This document shows positions 1-12,204 of a DNA stretch of 64,000 nucleotides, in pieces (position 1 is the stretch's first letter; every line of letters begins with the position of its first letter). The position numbers were made by a program, and so were the translations under genes. Origin of the DNA: Carcharhinus amblyrhynchos (Eukaryota); the NCBI GenBank assembly GCA_965287045.1, contig OZ336876.1, forward strand, positions 37,014,001 through 37,078,000, read 5' to 3'. Below the pieces are notes generated by a model. It was not told where the DNA came from and searched no databases. It worked only from the letters and a program-made list of their open reading frames with translations.

Positions 1-79
1 GCATGACCAGAAAATCCCAGCCTTTAACAAATAATTTATCAATCTGTGAGTTGCCCAGGTTATAAAAACGGAAATATTC

Positions 80-715
80 AGTGGCATTACCATCACTGAA
101 TCCCTCAATATCCTGGGCTTCCCAGTGACCAGAAACTGAACTGGTCCAGCCATACAAATATTGTGGTTACCAGATCAGGCCAGAGACTAGGAATCCTTCA
201 GTGATTAACTCATCTCCTAGCCCCCAAAATCTGTCCATAATTTACAAAGCACAGTCAGGAGCATGATGGAAAACTCTCCATTTGCCTGGATGAGTGCAGC
301 TCCAACAACACCCAAGAAACCTGACACCATCCAGGACAAAGCAGCCCACTTGATTAGCACCCTATCCACAAACATGTATTCCCTTCACAGTCCAACTGTG
401 GCAGCAGTGTGTAACATTCACAGAATGCACTGCAGGAACTCACCAAGATATCTTCGGCAGCACTTTCCAAACCCATGACCACTACTATCTAGAAGGACAA
501 GGGCAGCTGACACATAGGAATACCACCACCTGGAAGTTCCCCTCCAAGCTACTCACTATCCTGACTTGGAAATATAATCGCCTTTCCTTTACTGTCAGTG
601 GGCCAAAATCCTGGATTTCCCTCTCTAACAGCATTGTGAGCATACCTACACCACATGCAGCAATTCAAGAGGCTCCTTAGGCAGCAGCTCCTGAAGGGCA
701 ATTAGAGATGCCATG
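80..715 (+). mobile_element. CR1-group (L2/Crack-like) LINE, degraded 3' end
   Basis: Translates to YKAQ-RSMMENSPFAWMSAAPTT..DTIQDKAA, a post-RT region of CR1-group ORF2. The 3' tail (ctgacttggaaatat..ggcaattag) recurs at 4485, 6830, 34825 and 54700. Confidence 0.75.
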
Positions 716-2029
716 AATTAAATAAGAAAAACAACAATCAATATATTTCTCTCTGATTTTTAATATGAGTAAGGAAAACAAATATATGAGTATACAACAA
801 GTATACTCAAAACAATTATAAATATTGGGTGGGGATATCATTGATGTGCCTGTGATTGTGTCTTCATTTATATAACATGATATCTCCCCCACTTTTGCCA
901 TGTAATGGAAAGGCTTGCAGGTTGATACTCAAAGCATTTTGGCTGCATTGTGGCCATCAACTCCTAGGGTGGGACTCAAAATGGGAGCTTTTGGTTCAGA
1001 GACAGGGAATCTAGCCTCTGGGCCACTAGACATCCCATGGTCTGGGCATTAGTACCAGAAAGTCATCCAAATTATAGATTAGATAGAGTCAAAAACAACA
1101 CTGATTTTATTGCAGATTCTCCTCTCAAGGCATTGAACCAATTGGCGTGGTATTTCTTGAATCATAGAATCCCTGTAATGGAGAAAGAGGTGAATTTTAG
1201 TATCTTTAATATGGCAAGCAAAATGTTTCTTTAGGAAAACTATAAATAAATGCTGATGCACAAATAACTTTAGAAATTCATATTTTGCCAATTCTTTTAA
1301 CAGAAAAACATCCTGAACAAAGGTAAATTTAATGTGCTTCATTGATTTCTATGATTAACAACTTCCAGGAGTCTTTATAGGAATTCAGTCGCTAAGATGT
1401 AGGTAATCCTGTTTTTCCATCAGAAACGTGTTGAGTTTGGTGAAAGAAAATTGTCCCAAGTTTGCACTCAGAGACACCTGCCAGTGTGCTAATCTGAGTT
1501 AAAGCTTACAAAAATTAATGAGTTTAATCAGTCAGTGGAAGTAATATGTCCTATGAAAACACATTTATCTCTGATTGGAATCAAAAAATGCACACCACTT
1601 CAATACGTGATAAGAATCTAGTATAAAAAAACTAGGTGCAAAGGTAGGAATTTATTTCCCACAGTGTTTGCATTCCATGGTTTCTGAAATTATATTGATT
1701 CATTTGTAGACGATTAAATATTAGCAGATAGCATCTATGAAAGAGGAAATGTAAAAACTGACATTTATAACAGCACATATGAATTGTCATGGACAAATTT
1801 TCCCTTGGTTAATATATGCTCAGTGGTGCAAATCTAATTATTAACAGCTTCTGTACAAAACCCCTTTTCCCAAATGCACTTCTGCGCTTATTTATGGTGT
1901 AGTTACACATGTATAATTTTTTTTACCTGAAGAACTTGGTTGGATGTTATTCTAAGTGGAATGCATTTTAATTTTAAAGACTGCTTCTGCACCGGGGCTA
2001 TTGCATGGGCTTTTATTAACAACATATTT

Positions 2030-2300
2030 TAGAATCATAGAATAGAACAGAATTATAGAACCCCTACAGTAAAGAAGGAGGCTATTTGGCCCATTGAGCC
2101 TTAACCCAACATATTTATCATGCTAATCCCACAAAACTAGGATAAATTTAGCATGGCCAATCAACTTAACCTGTACATTTTTGGACTGTGGGAGGAAACT
2201 GGAGCACCCAGAGAAAACTCATGCAGACACAGGGAGAACGTGCAAATGCCACAGACAGTGACCTCAGCTGGGCATTGAACCTGGGTCTTGGGCACTGTGT
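2030..2300 (-). mobile_element. HE1-like tRNA-derived SINE
   Basis: Core tgggaggaaactggagcaccc..cacagacagtgacc and (tagaa)n CR1-type tail; matches other copies in the window. Confidence 0.85.
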
Positions 2301-4129
2301 GGTTCCATAGTTCCATGATCAGCAGAATTATTTATCCTGATTACAAAATCGTTCCAACTCCCAAAAGGTGCAACACCTAACTTTAAAATACAAGTGGAAA
2401 TGAACTAAGAATCATTTTGGAAACTGAATTACAAATTCTGTCATAACTTCATACTTCAATGCTGCATCCTGACTTCACTAAGTATGGTGAAAAATCGATA
2501 AGGGAGATTAGTCACAGTATTGGAAAAAGTTAGAATGGCTACTAGGGCGAGATTGTGGAACTAATTAATCTGGGTATAGTGCTGGGGGAGGAGATCAGGA
2601 ATCAAAGAAATATATGCAGGCTACAGAAAAGATCTGTGAAATGCACCCCCAGGTCTTTCTGCTCATGCATCCATCTCAAAATAGTAACATTTAGATCACC
2701 ATGGCTCTCCATGTTGTTCCCCTTTAAGTGCATCATCAAGTAGAAACAAACATGAATTATAAATAATAAATTGATAATGCAATAAAATATTTTTTCCTCC
2801 TGAAGTAATTACAGCTTATTATGTTTCTGTCATTCTACAAGAGTATTACTAGAAAATCTAATTAATATTAATTATAATTGAGACAAGGCAAAAACATATA
2901 CTTTGCTGTAATTTGTGGCATTTGTTTGAAATTAATTATTCTTGATTTGCAATGGAAATATTCTTCCTACAATTGTCAGCAGGGTAGATATTCCCTCCTG
3001 ACAGCCTGCTGCTGCTGCGTGCCTTTTTGGTTTCTGTGTTCTGAATTTTAATAGCCTATCCTCTAACCCACAGAGATGAAAAGAGTTTGTCAGCACCAAA
3101 CTCTTTTTGGCTGAAATTAGTCCTCAGCTGTAGTGCAAAACAAATCATTCAAATGAGTGTCAGAAACAGTTCCTGAATTTACCTGTTAATTCAATCACCA
3201 CAAGGAGAAACAGACTGAGTGCAGATAATCACACTACCTTTGTAAACAATCAATATTATGTTATTACTGACTCAAACCAATCCAAGGAGACAGCTTAGCA
3301 GTTCCTATGTTGGACAATTATTAAGTAGTAAATTAAAGCCAATTACACTCAAAATACATTGAAAGAGACAGATGAATATATCAGTCTTTCAGTTATGCTA
3401 ACTAAATCTATCAAGAATCAGCAGCCTATTCTGCATTCATACCTACTTTCCAATATATCCTAAGTAATCTGCAGTTACCATGTCCCTGAAATGTTGTAAG
3501 CATTAAGGCTTACAAGTAAATGATTTTATATATCCTGTGGATACTTTATGTGGCTGCTTAGTATCACAGGCTGCAAATCAACAAGATGTGTGTGATTTAT
3601 AATTATTTGGGAGTGGGTTTCATCAATTCCTATTCAGTTCACTAGATGGAGCACCATGCTACATTAGAGCATTCTATCTCAAGAGAAAGAGAGAGGTAAC
3701 CCACCCTACTTTAAGCCAATCTATGAATCAGTCAATCATAAAATAGGAATGATAAACGCGAAGGAGCAAGCATCAGTCTATTCTGCTGTGACTTAACAGT
3801 GGAGAAAGCTTTGCATAGACAAGATTCTATTAAAGTAGAGGGCAAACAGAATTAAAATTAATTACTTAAATGGTTAACAAAAACAAAAATTTTTGAATTA
3901 CGATGTGAAGACATCACTGCTGAAAAATGCAAAAGGCTACACCTAGGAAGCAAAAATAGACAAGTTGTACATTTCACAAATGGTGTTAAAGTAGCTAAGG
4001 AAGAATCTAAGAGATCAAGCAGTCTTAATAGACTCAATGCCGATCATATCAAAACAACATGCAGTTAAGCCGAAAATCCTTTCATTCATTTAGCAAAAAC
4101 AACAATGGATGTATTCTTGTCCTGCAATG

Positions 4130-4475
4130 TCTTGCATTTATACAATATAATAAAACATCCAAAATATTTCTTGGAATTGTTAACAAACTCTGATACTGAG
4201 CCACATGAAGAAATAAATATCAGGACAGTGAGGTAGACTTCAGGAAGTGCACAAAAGGTAGAGTGACAGTGGTTTGGAGGACCAATCTGAGAGTTTAGGA
4301 CCAAGGCTGTTGAGATTACCAATGAGAGAGTGGTGAGAGCCAAAGGTGTACAAGAAGCCAGCATTGGGGGAGTGCAGGGATCTTAGAAGGCTAGAGGAGG
4401 GCTTAAGAGTTTGCAGAGTTAGAGAGGGACAATGGAGAGATTTGGAAAGGATGAGAATTTTAAATATTGAATCAT
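4130..4475 (-). mobile_element. L2-like LINE 3' remnant
   Basis: Purine-rich degraded sequence similar to 4660-5180, with a ttgcatttata tail. Confidence 0.45.
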
Positions 4476-4484
4476 TGCCAGACT

Positions 4485-4635
4485 GGGCACTCCTTTCCTA
4501 ACAGCCCCATTGGTGTACCAATACCAGATGGACCATAATTAAGAAGGCAGTTCACCCCAATATCCTCAAGGGAATTAGGGATGAAGAAGAAATGCTGGTC
4601 TTGCTCACAACACTCACATCCCACAAAATAATTTT
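4485..4635 (+). mobile_element. 3' tail of the CR1-group LINE family seen at 80-715
   Basis: aagaaggcagttcacc..ctcaagggaattagggatg..aaatgctgg resembles 34990-35050 and 54855-54920. Confidence 0.6.
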
Positions 4636-4659
4636 TGCTGATAATACCATAGTTCAACA

Positions 4660-6228
4660 ACTATAACAATGTAGACCTTTAACTTTATAAAATATAGCAG
4701 GACACTTCAGAGGCATGTTATAAAGCAAAATTAGACACTAAAACATTTAATGCAATATTAAGGCACATGGAAAGCTTAGTCAAAGAGGCAGGTTTCAAGG
4801 AACACTTAAAGGAGGAAAGAGAGGTGAAGAGATTGAGGGAGAAACCTTATGGTCTAAGCAGCTGAAGGCACAGCTAACAATAGTGGAACAATTAAAATTG
4901 GGTATTTTCTAGAGGGCAGAGGATTGTGGTGTTGGACAAGGTGACAGAGGTAAGAAGTGTGAAGGGCATGGAGGGACTTGAAAACAAGGATGCAAATCTT
5001 AAAATGAAGATATCTGGGAGCCAGTGTAGGTCAGCAAGAACAGGATAGCAGGTCAGTGGCACTTGGCTTTAGTAAGGATAGAATATGAGAGGCCAGCCAG
5101 GAGTACATTTTGAATAGTCAGGTCTCGAGATAACAGAGGCTTGGATAAGAGGTCCAGCAGCCCTCAGCTGAATCAGGGCAGAGTTCATAGATCATAGAAC
5201 CCTACAGTACAGTAACAGGCCCTTCGGCCCATCAAGTCTGCACTGAACACAATCCCACCCAGGCCCTATCCCCATATCTTTATATATCATACCCACTAAT
5301 CCCTCTAACCTCCGCTACCCTGGACACTAAGGGGCAATTTCTTAGCATGGCCAATCAACCTAACCTGCACATCTTTGGACTGTGGGAGGAAACCGGAGTA
5401 CCCGGAGGAAACCCACACAGACAAGAGGAGAATATGCAAACTCCACACAGACAGTGACCCGAGACGAGAATTGAACCCAGGACCCTGGAGCTGTGAAGCA
5501 ACAGTGCTAACCACCGTGCTACCTTGCCGCCCCACTAGTTGGGTAGTGTAATAGAGGTAGAAATAGATGGTCGTAGTTATAATGTGAATAAGTAGAAGCT
5601 TATCTAAAACTCAAACATGACACCAAAATCCGAGTAGTTTGGTTCTGCCTCAGATAATTGCCAAGGAAATGTCAGGAATAGTCAATAGCTAGGGAATGAA
5701 GTTTGTAGCAGGCAGCAAAGACAATGGCTTTGGCCTTTTCATTGAAGGAAATTTCTGCTCATGTATCACCGGATACCATCTGACAATCAGTCTAACTTTT
5801 TTGGATTATGTTGCCAAGGGAAAACATGTAGATGAGAATTAGGAAGGACTATAGATAGATCCTCACAGAGTGCCAGAGGTAATGGTGAAGAAGTGGAAGA
5901 AGAAATCATTGCAAGTGACTACAATTAGATAGATAAGAAAGGAGCCAGGTGTGAGCTGTCCCACAGTGGAGAGCACAGGAGGAGGACGGTGAGGTTAAGC
6001 ACGTCATATGCTGAAGGCAGATTGAGAAACATGAGGAACAATGGAGTATCTTTGTTATAATAACACAGATGTCATTTTGAGAGCAGATTTGGTCATGGGA
6101 GAAAACTTGATTGGAAGGATTGAAACGTGGAGTTTCAGATAGATAGCCACAGATTTGTGAGGCAACAGTACATTCATGGACTCTGGAGAGGAAAGGGAGG
6201 CTGGAGATGGGCTGCCCTTCTGGAAGGA
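4660..6228 (-). mobile_element. L2-like LINE remnant, interrupted by the SINE at 5186-5533
   Basis: ttaaaggaggaaagagagg..ctaagcagctgaaggcacag is typical of the antisense L2 3' region; heavily degraded. Confidence 0.55.
5186..5533 (-). mobile_element. HE1-like SINE, full length
   Basis: tRNA-like head with A box (gtggttagcac) and B box (gggttcaattc) on the minus strand, central domain and CR1-type tail. Confidence 0.9.
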
Positions 6229-6382
6229 TAAGACCATAAGACATAAGAGCAGAATTAGGCCCCTCGGCCCATTGAGTCTGCTCCGCCATTCAATTATGGC
6301 TGATATTTTTCTCATCCCCATTCTCCTGCCTTTTTCCCATAACCCCTGATCCCCTTATTAATCAAGAACCTATCTATCTCTG
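6229..6382 (-). mobile_element. CR1 LINE 3' tail fragment
   Basis: (cataaga)n tail plus ctccgccattcaat..atggctgat, as at 33610 and 38400. Confidence 0.85.
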
Positions 6383-6829
6383 ACAGTTGGTCAAGGTTTT
6401 TTTTGAGTAGGTGGGTGATGTTGGCAGATTTAAAGGAAAGAGGAATATGGAAAAGAGATCTTATGACTTTGGCTCACAACTTCTAATCCCCTTGCAACTT
6501 ACTAACTGAATCACTAAACATTGATGCCCTCTTTGTCCTTCAGCGGGACAAAGAATTAGACTAGATGATTTGTTTGGGAAAAAAAACTTCTGCAGACTTG
6601 ATTAGTCAGATGGCTCTTTTTTGTGTTGTGGTATTGTATGGTTTCATGATTCTAGATTGAGCCAAGAGCTATTAGTTTTAAAACTGGGTTCCATAGGACC
6701 ACTGTTGCTGACACTATGAAAGCCATGAACTGAAAAAAAATTGGTCAGAGCGCTTCAATCTCGCGTGACTTTCCCTAAATTGACAAGCTGCGAGAGCGAG
6801 TGGGCCATGTGTGTACTAGAAGCATACAG

Positions 6830-6952
6830 ACGGTGATGAGCTACCTTCTTGAACCACTGCAGTTCAAGCTACTCTCAGAGTGCTGTTAGGGAGGAAGTTC
6901 CATGATTTTGACCCAGTGACAGTGAAGGAACGGTGATATGGTTCCAAGTCAG
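6830..6952 (-). mobile_element. 3' tail fragment of the CR1-group LINE family
   Basis: Reverse complement of the 34885-35000 and 54750-54870 tails. Confidence 0.7.
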
Positions 6953-8949
6953 TGACGGTCTGTGGCTTGAAAAGCTATCTCAAAAATGGACAAAATGTAA
7001 TTGTCATCATCCATAAATGATCCGTCTCTTACCTCTGACTTCAACTTTACCTTCTTGTTTTTCACAATTTTATCAAAAACGCACATGTCAGTTTTCTTCT
7101 GAACTTTTCTGTTTTGAAACTCTAGATACCTCAGCCTATACATTCCTTCCCATGACAACACTGTGTTGAAATTAATATAATGCAATTAAATTTCATGCTG
7201 AAATTCATTTGCTCAGAGAATGCCAAAACTCTCAAAGTGCTTACCTCTTTCTAATTTCACTTCATCTCAGTCTTCAGGTTTTCAAATCTGAAGCCTGGCA
7301 TGAACTGCTCACCCCTCCCTGATTTTAATCACATTTGATTTCAAGCTGAGTGGTGGTGTCTTGAATTAGAAACCCTAACTCTTTGAGGGAAAACAGCTAA
7401 ACTGCACGCAAATCACTGCCTATCACTATCCTGCCGTTGCCCAGTAGGAATGGTCTTGTGATTCAAGATGACTCACCTCGTAATTTTCCCACATTCCCAA
7501 AATGAAGCAGTTAGCCCTATTCAGCATCTCTCTATGAGTCAACCTCAATTGGAAGCTTGCCAAATGCTGGCATGAAGATATGCTCCACCTTCCCACGAAT
7601 TGGCACTTCAAAGCAGCCAGACACTGCCACAGTGTACCATCTCAGAGAGCCATATGTTGATACACTATAAGCCAAGCCTTTATATGATGCGCTACTTTAA
7701 GTTCAACAAGCTGCCAAGCCCAACATAAATGCCAATTTCAATTACTGCATTCAATGTAAACCCCACAGACAAGCAGATGCAACATTTTTACCAAAATATT
7801 AGCTCATTAAATAACATATCTGCTTTGCAATGATTTGGTTAAGCATTGCTTCATATTTGCATAATTTGTATGAGACTTTATCCAGCAATAAAGCAACAGT
7901 TAGAGACCACTGAGTAACCGAGGTTTTATCTTGCATCCCAGTCCACTAATCCTCAATCCTGCATTCACTATTCTAAGTATAAACAACAAAGAATGTGTTC
8001 TTTCTTGCTTCAGAATAAGCCTTACTGATTGTTAAAGCTGTTTTTTCTGAGTTTGTGAAGGATGAATTTTATCCTTTCACAGTACTTTGGAACCTTTGGC
8101 AAAGCTTTGTGTGTTTCCCCAAGGCACTGTTATATTTATTTTATTTGATGGAAATAAGCACGGTGTCAGCCAATTGAATAAATATTAATTAATTCCCAAA
8201 GTGCTCCTTTTTTGTCACATCAATGGGATTTGGAAGGAAGATTGGGCAGGATAAGGCCTTACACACCATACTGAAAGATTGGAAAGGCCAAGCTACACAG
8301 AGTTGCTGGGCTCTGCCTGCGCTCACTGAATCTACTCCAACACTATAAAGATCTTGGTAGAGTCCTCCCCTCATTTGTGCCTTAATTGATCATTATTCTC
8401 TACCCACCACTGCCAGGTGTTGTTGCTCATCCAGCACAATGGATTATGATCCGGAAATGTTCCCAACTCCTGAAAATATTCCATAAGCACAAGATTCTAC
8501 CCAATATATCCAAAAGGCCATGATTTGTTTTACACAATATCCACCATTCTTACGAAGCAGAAATTGGTCTCCAACCTTTTAGTATTTTGTGTAATCCACT
8601 GTGATGCAATCTATGGTGAAGCTTGTATTTGAGGCGGACTTGGGGTGGAGTGGTGGGGGGTTGGTGGTTGGGGGCAGAGGGGGAAGTCTCCGGAAAGTGC
8701 TGAATTGGCAGCAAAACTGTCCTAGATCATGACGTTCTGACAGGTCAGCTTCTCACTCGACTCTCCGCACACTGTGTAATGCAGAGGGCCCAGTTGTGAA
8801 TATCATTAAAAACTCAGGGCAGCAGGGCATATTCATGCTAGAGTTTCACAGTTCTGGAACTCTGCGCATGCGCAGTGGCTGCAAATTGTCAAACTCCCAT
8901 TTGCTGGCCAGCCCGATCACTGGCTAGCCCAGGACTCAAGTCTCCCCAA

Positions 8950-11203
8950 GTTTCAGTGGGGGAACATGTGGCAAATAGCGACCACAATTCTGTTAACTTT
9001 AGGATAGTAATGGAAAAGGATGAGTGTTGTCCTACAGGTAGGGTGCTGAATTGGGGGAAGGCTAACTAGAGCCGGATTAGGCAGGAATTGGTGGCCGTTG
9101 ATTGGGAGGCTGTTCGAGAGTAAATCCACATCTGACATGTGGGAGTCTTTTAAGGAGCTGTTGATGAGGATGCAGGACAGGCATGTGCCTGTAAAAAGGA
9201 AGGATAGGAAAGGTAGGATTCGAGAGCCGTGGATAACCAGGGAAATTGAGGATCTGATCAAAAAGAAAAGAGAGGTGTATGTTAGGTCCAGGCAACTAAA
9301 ATCAGAATGAGTACTACAGGAATACAGAGAAAATAGGAAAGAACTCAAATGGGGAGTTAGAAGGGCAAAAAGAGGTCATGAAATGTTCTTGGCAGACAGG
9401 ATTAAGGAGAATCCTAGGCATTTTATTCATATAGGAACAAAAGAGTTGTCAGGGAAAAAAAATCGGATCTCTCAGGGACAAAGGAGGTGAATCATGCTTA
9501 GAGCCCAAGGAAATAGGGGAGATCCTAAATGAATACTTTGCATCAGTATTCACAAAGGAGAGGGACGTGTTGACTGGGAGTCTCTCAGAGGGAAGTGTTG
9601 ACCCGTTACAGAAAATCTCCATTGCAAAGGAGGAAGTGTTAGGTTTTTAGGGAACATTAAAACTGACAAATCCCCAGGGCCTGATGGCATCTATCCTAGA
9701 CTGCTCAGGGAGACAAGAGATGAAATTGCTGGGCCTCTGACAGAAATCTTTGTGTCTTCATTGGACACAGGTGAGGTCTCTGAGGATTGGAGGATAGCGA
9801 ATGTGGTACCGTTATTTAAGAAGGGTAGCAAGGATAACCCGAGTAATTATAGGCCAGTGAGCTTGACATCCGTGGTAGGGAAATTGTTGGAGAGGATTCT
9901 TAGAGATAGGATGTATGCACATTTAGAACGGAATAATCACATTAGTGATAGACAGCATGGTTTTGTAAGAGGGAGGTCACGCGTCACAAATTTGGTGGAG
10001 TTTTCTGAGGAGGTGACAGAAACAGTTGACGAGGGAAGAGCCATGGATGTCGTCTATATGCATTTTAGTAAAGCGTTTGACAAAGTCCCTCATGGCAGGT
10101 TGGTACAAAAGGTTAAATCTCATGGGATAAAAGGAGATGTGGCTAGATGGGTAGAGAACTGGCTTGGTCACAGGAGATAGAGGGTAGCAGTGGAAGGGTC
10201 TTTTTCCGGCTGGAGGAATGTGACCAGTAGTGTTCTGCAGGGCTCTATACAGGGACCTCTGCTGTTTGTGATATATATAAATGATTTGGAAGAAAGTGTA
10301 ATTGGTATGATCAGTTAAGTTTGCAGATGACACAAAGATGGCTGGACTTGCGGACAGCAATGAACATTGTTGGAGAATACAGCAGGATATAGATAGACTG
10401 GAAAATTCGGCAGAGAAATGGCAGATGTAATTTAATCCAAATAAATGCGAAGTGATGCATTTTGGTAGAACTAATGTAGGGGGGAGCTATACAATAAATG
10501 GCAGAACCATCAAAAGTATAAACACACAGAGGGACCTGGGTGTGCAAGTCCACAGATCCTTGAAGGTGGCAGTACAGGAGGAGAAGGTGGTGAAGAAGGC
10601 ATATGGCATGCTTGCCTTTACAGGACGGGGTATAGAGTAAATAAGTGGCGTCTGATGTTACAGCTGTATAGAACGTTGGTTAGGCCACATTTGGAGTACT
10701 GCGTCCAATTCTGGTTGCCGCACTACCAGAAGGACTTTGGAGAGAGTACAGAGAAAGTTTACCAGGATGTTGCCTGGTATGGAGGGTCTTAGCTATGAGG
10801 AGAGATTAGGTAACTGGAGTTGTTCTCCCTGGAAAGACGGAGAATGAGGGGAGACCTAATAGAGGTGTATAAAATTATGAAGGGTATAGATAGGGTGAAC
10901 AGTGGGAAGCTTTTTCCCAGGTTGGAGGTGACGAACACGAGGGGTCACAGGTTCAAGGTGAGGGGGATGAGGTTTAACTCAGATATCAGAGGGACATATT
11001 TTACACAGAGGGTGGTGGGGCCTGGAATGCACTGCCAAGCAAGGTGGTGGAGGCAGACAAGCTGGGATAGTTTAAGACTTATCTGGATAGTCACATGAGC
11101 AGACTGGAAATGGAGGGATACAAAAGAATTGTCTAGTTGGACCAATGAGCAGCGCAGGCTTGGAAGGCCGAAGGGCCTGTTTCCTGAGCTGTGTTGTTCT
11201 TTG
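8950..11203 (+). mobile_element. CR1 (HER1-like) LINE, 5'-truncated, ORF2 disrupted
   Basis: ORF pieces SDHNSVNF (endonuclease end), PWITREI, NYRPVSLTSVVGKLLE, FSKAFDKVPH, KFADD, FSLERRRMRGDLIEVYK; stops and frameshifts. Confidence 0.95.
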
Positions 11204-11389
11204 ACTTCCGCACTGCTGCCCCTCCAGCCACCCCCTCAGCCTGAGAGCGGTCCCCACAACAAGTCACGGGCCAGCCCTAACACTGCCCCCCCCACAACCT
11301 CCCTGTCCCGGAGCACCACGATACCCAGGCCTCACCCCACCAGCAGTGGCGATCCCTCCATACCCTCACCCTGGCAGACCGCCCCCCCA

Positions 11390-11460
11390 CTGATTTCCCC
11401 CCCGGGTCAGAACCCCCAACTTGCCCGCCCCCCCCCCCCCCCCCCCCCCCCACCCCCGCC
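11390..11460. repeat. Poly-C tract (G-quadruplex-prone on the minus strand)
   Basis: Run of more than 20 C with flanking C-runs. Confidence 0.9.
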
Positions 11461-12171
11461 ACAGCAGACCTCCCCAATTGCTGCCCTCCCTCCGTCCCAG
11501 ACTGATCCCAATGCAGAGTGGCAGTGGGACCTCCCACACCTACCAGTCGCCCCCTAGGCCCCGCCCACAATAGGCCCCACCCTCTTGGCACTGCCCATCG
11601 GGCATTGGGCAGTGCCAAGGTGCCCCTGGGCATGGGCAGATTGCCCTGTGACAGTGTCAGGGGGCACAGGCTGGCACTGCCAGTGTCCATGCCCGGGGGC
11701 ACTACCCCCTCTAACCAACCCCCTTGGGGGCTCTGATTGCCCCCCTTCATTCCAGCAGGGTCTCGTACTAGCTCCCCAAATGTTGGGAGCTATACTGAAC
11801 CCTGCCGAAATGAAGTACTCCTGGCAGGTGGGAAATTCGATGGGGATCTGAAGGATCCCAATAATTAGCAAATCTACACATTTGAAATAGATTTTAAAAA
11901 AAATTAAATTACTTACCTGCCTTGCCGCTGGTTTCCAGCGTGATCTGACTGGCGATTACTCGCTGGCTCAGGGAGATGCACATGCTTTCCTCGCGCATGT
12001 GCAAATCGCCATTCAAGGTCGCAGGTGCCCATCTCCCAACTGGACTCGCCAGAAAAGTGATGGGCACGGATGGGAGAATCGCGGCCTCAGTGAAAATAAA
12101 AAAGGTAACCAAAAGAGAAAATGCTGGAAAATCTCACAGGTCTGGCAGCATCTGTAAGGAGAAAAAAGAGC

Positions 12172-12204
12172 TGATGTTTCGAGTCCTGATGACCCTTTGT
12201 CAAA
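12172..12204 (-). ncRNA. Degenerate minimal hammerhead ribozyme motif in the Penelope terminus
   Basis: Minus strand ttgacaa-a-gggtc-atcag-gactc-gaaac gives a CUGANGA-like core, stem II and GAAA; second copy at 15313-15346. The core departs from consensus. Confidence 0.55.

Larger units (their letters stand above)
8630..12086. mobile_element. GC-rich non-autonomous TIR element (Harbinger-like), split by the CR1 at 8950-11203
   Basis: GC-rich blocks on both sides of the CR1. The right end gggagaatcgcggcc matches the window-wide TIR motif; contains ggcactgccc/gggcagtgcc repeats and a poly-C tract. Left end unclear. Confidence 0.5.

Noticed and set aside
826-890. Short imperfect inverted repeat (ggggatatca/tgatatctcc) as a MITE
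   Set aside because: Single copy in the window, no TSD, and short enough to be chance.
3020-3180. Host exon after ctctaacccacag acceptor-like site
   Set aside because: No convincing donor site, recognisable peptide or partner exons.
5440-5533. tRNA genes at SINE heads (also 13809, 22098, 22579, 31893, 32012, 61323)
   Set aside because: A/B boxes run directly into SINE body and tail; I could not build a full cloverleaf.
11129-11871. Pro/Gly-rich ORFs
   Set aside because: Products of a poly-C tract and GC-rich repeat with few stop codons.
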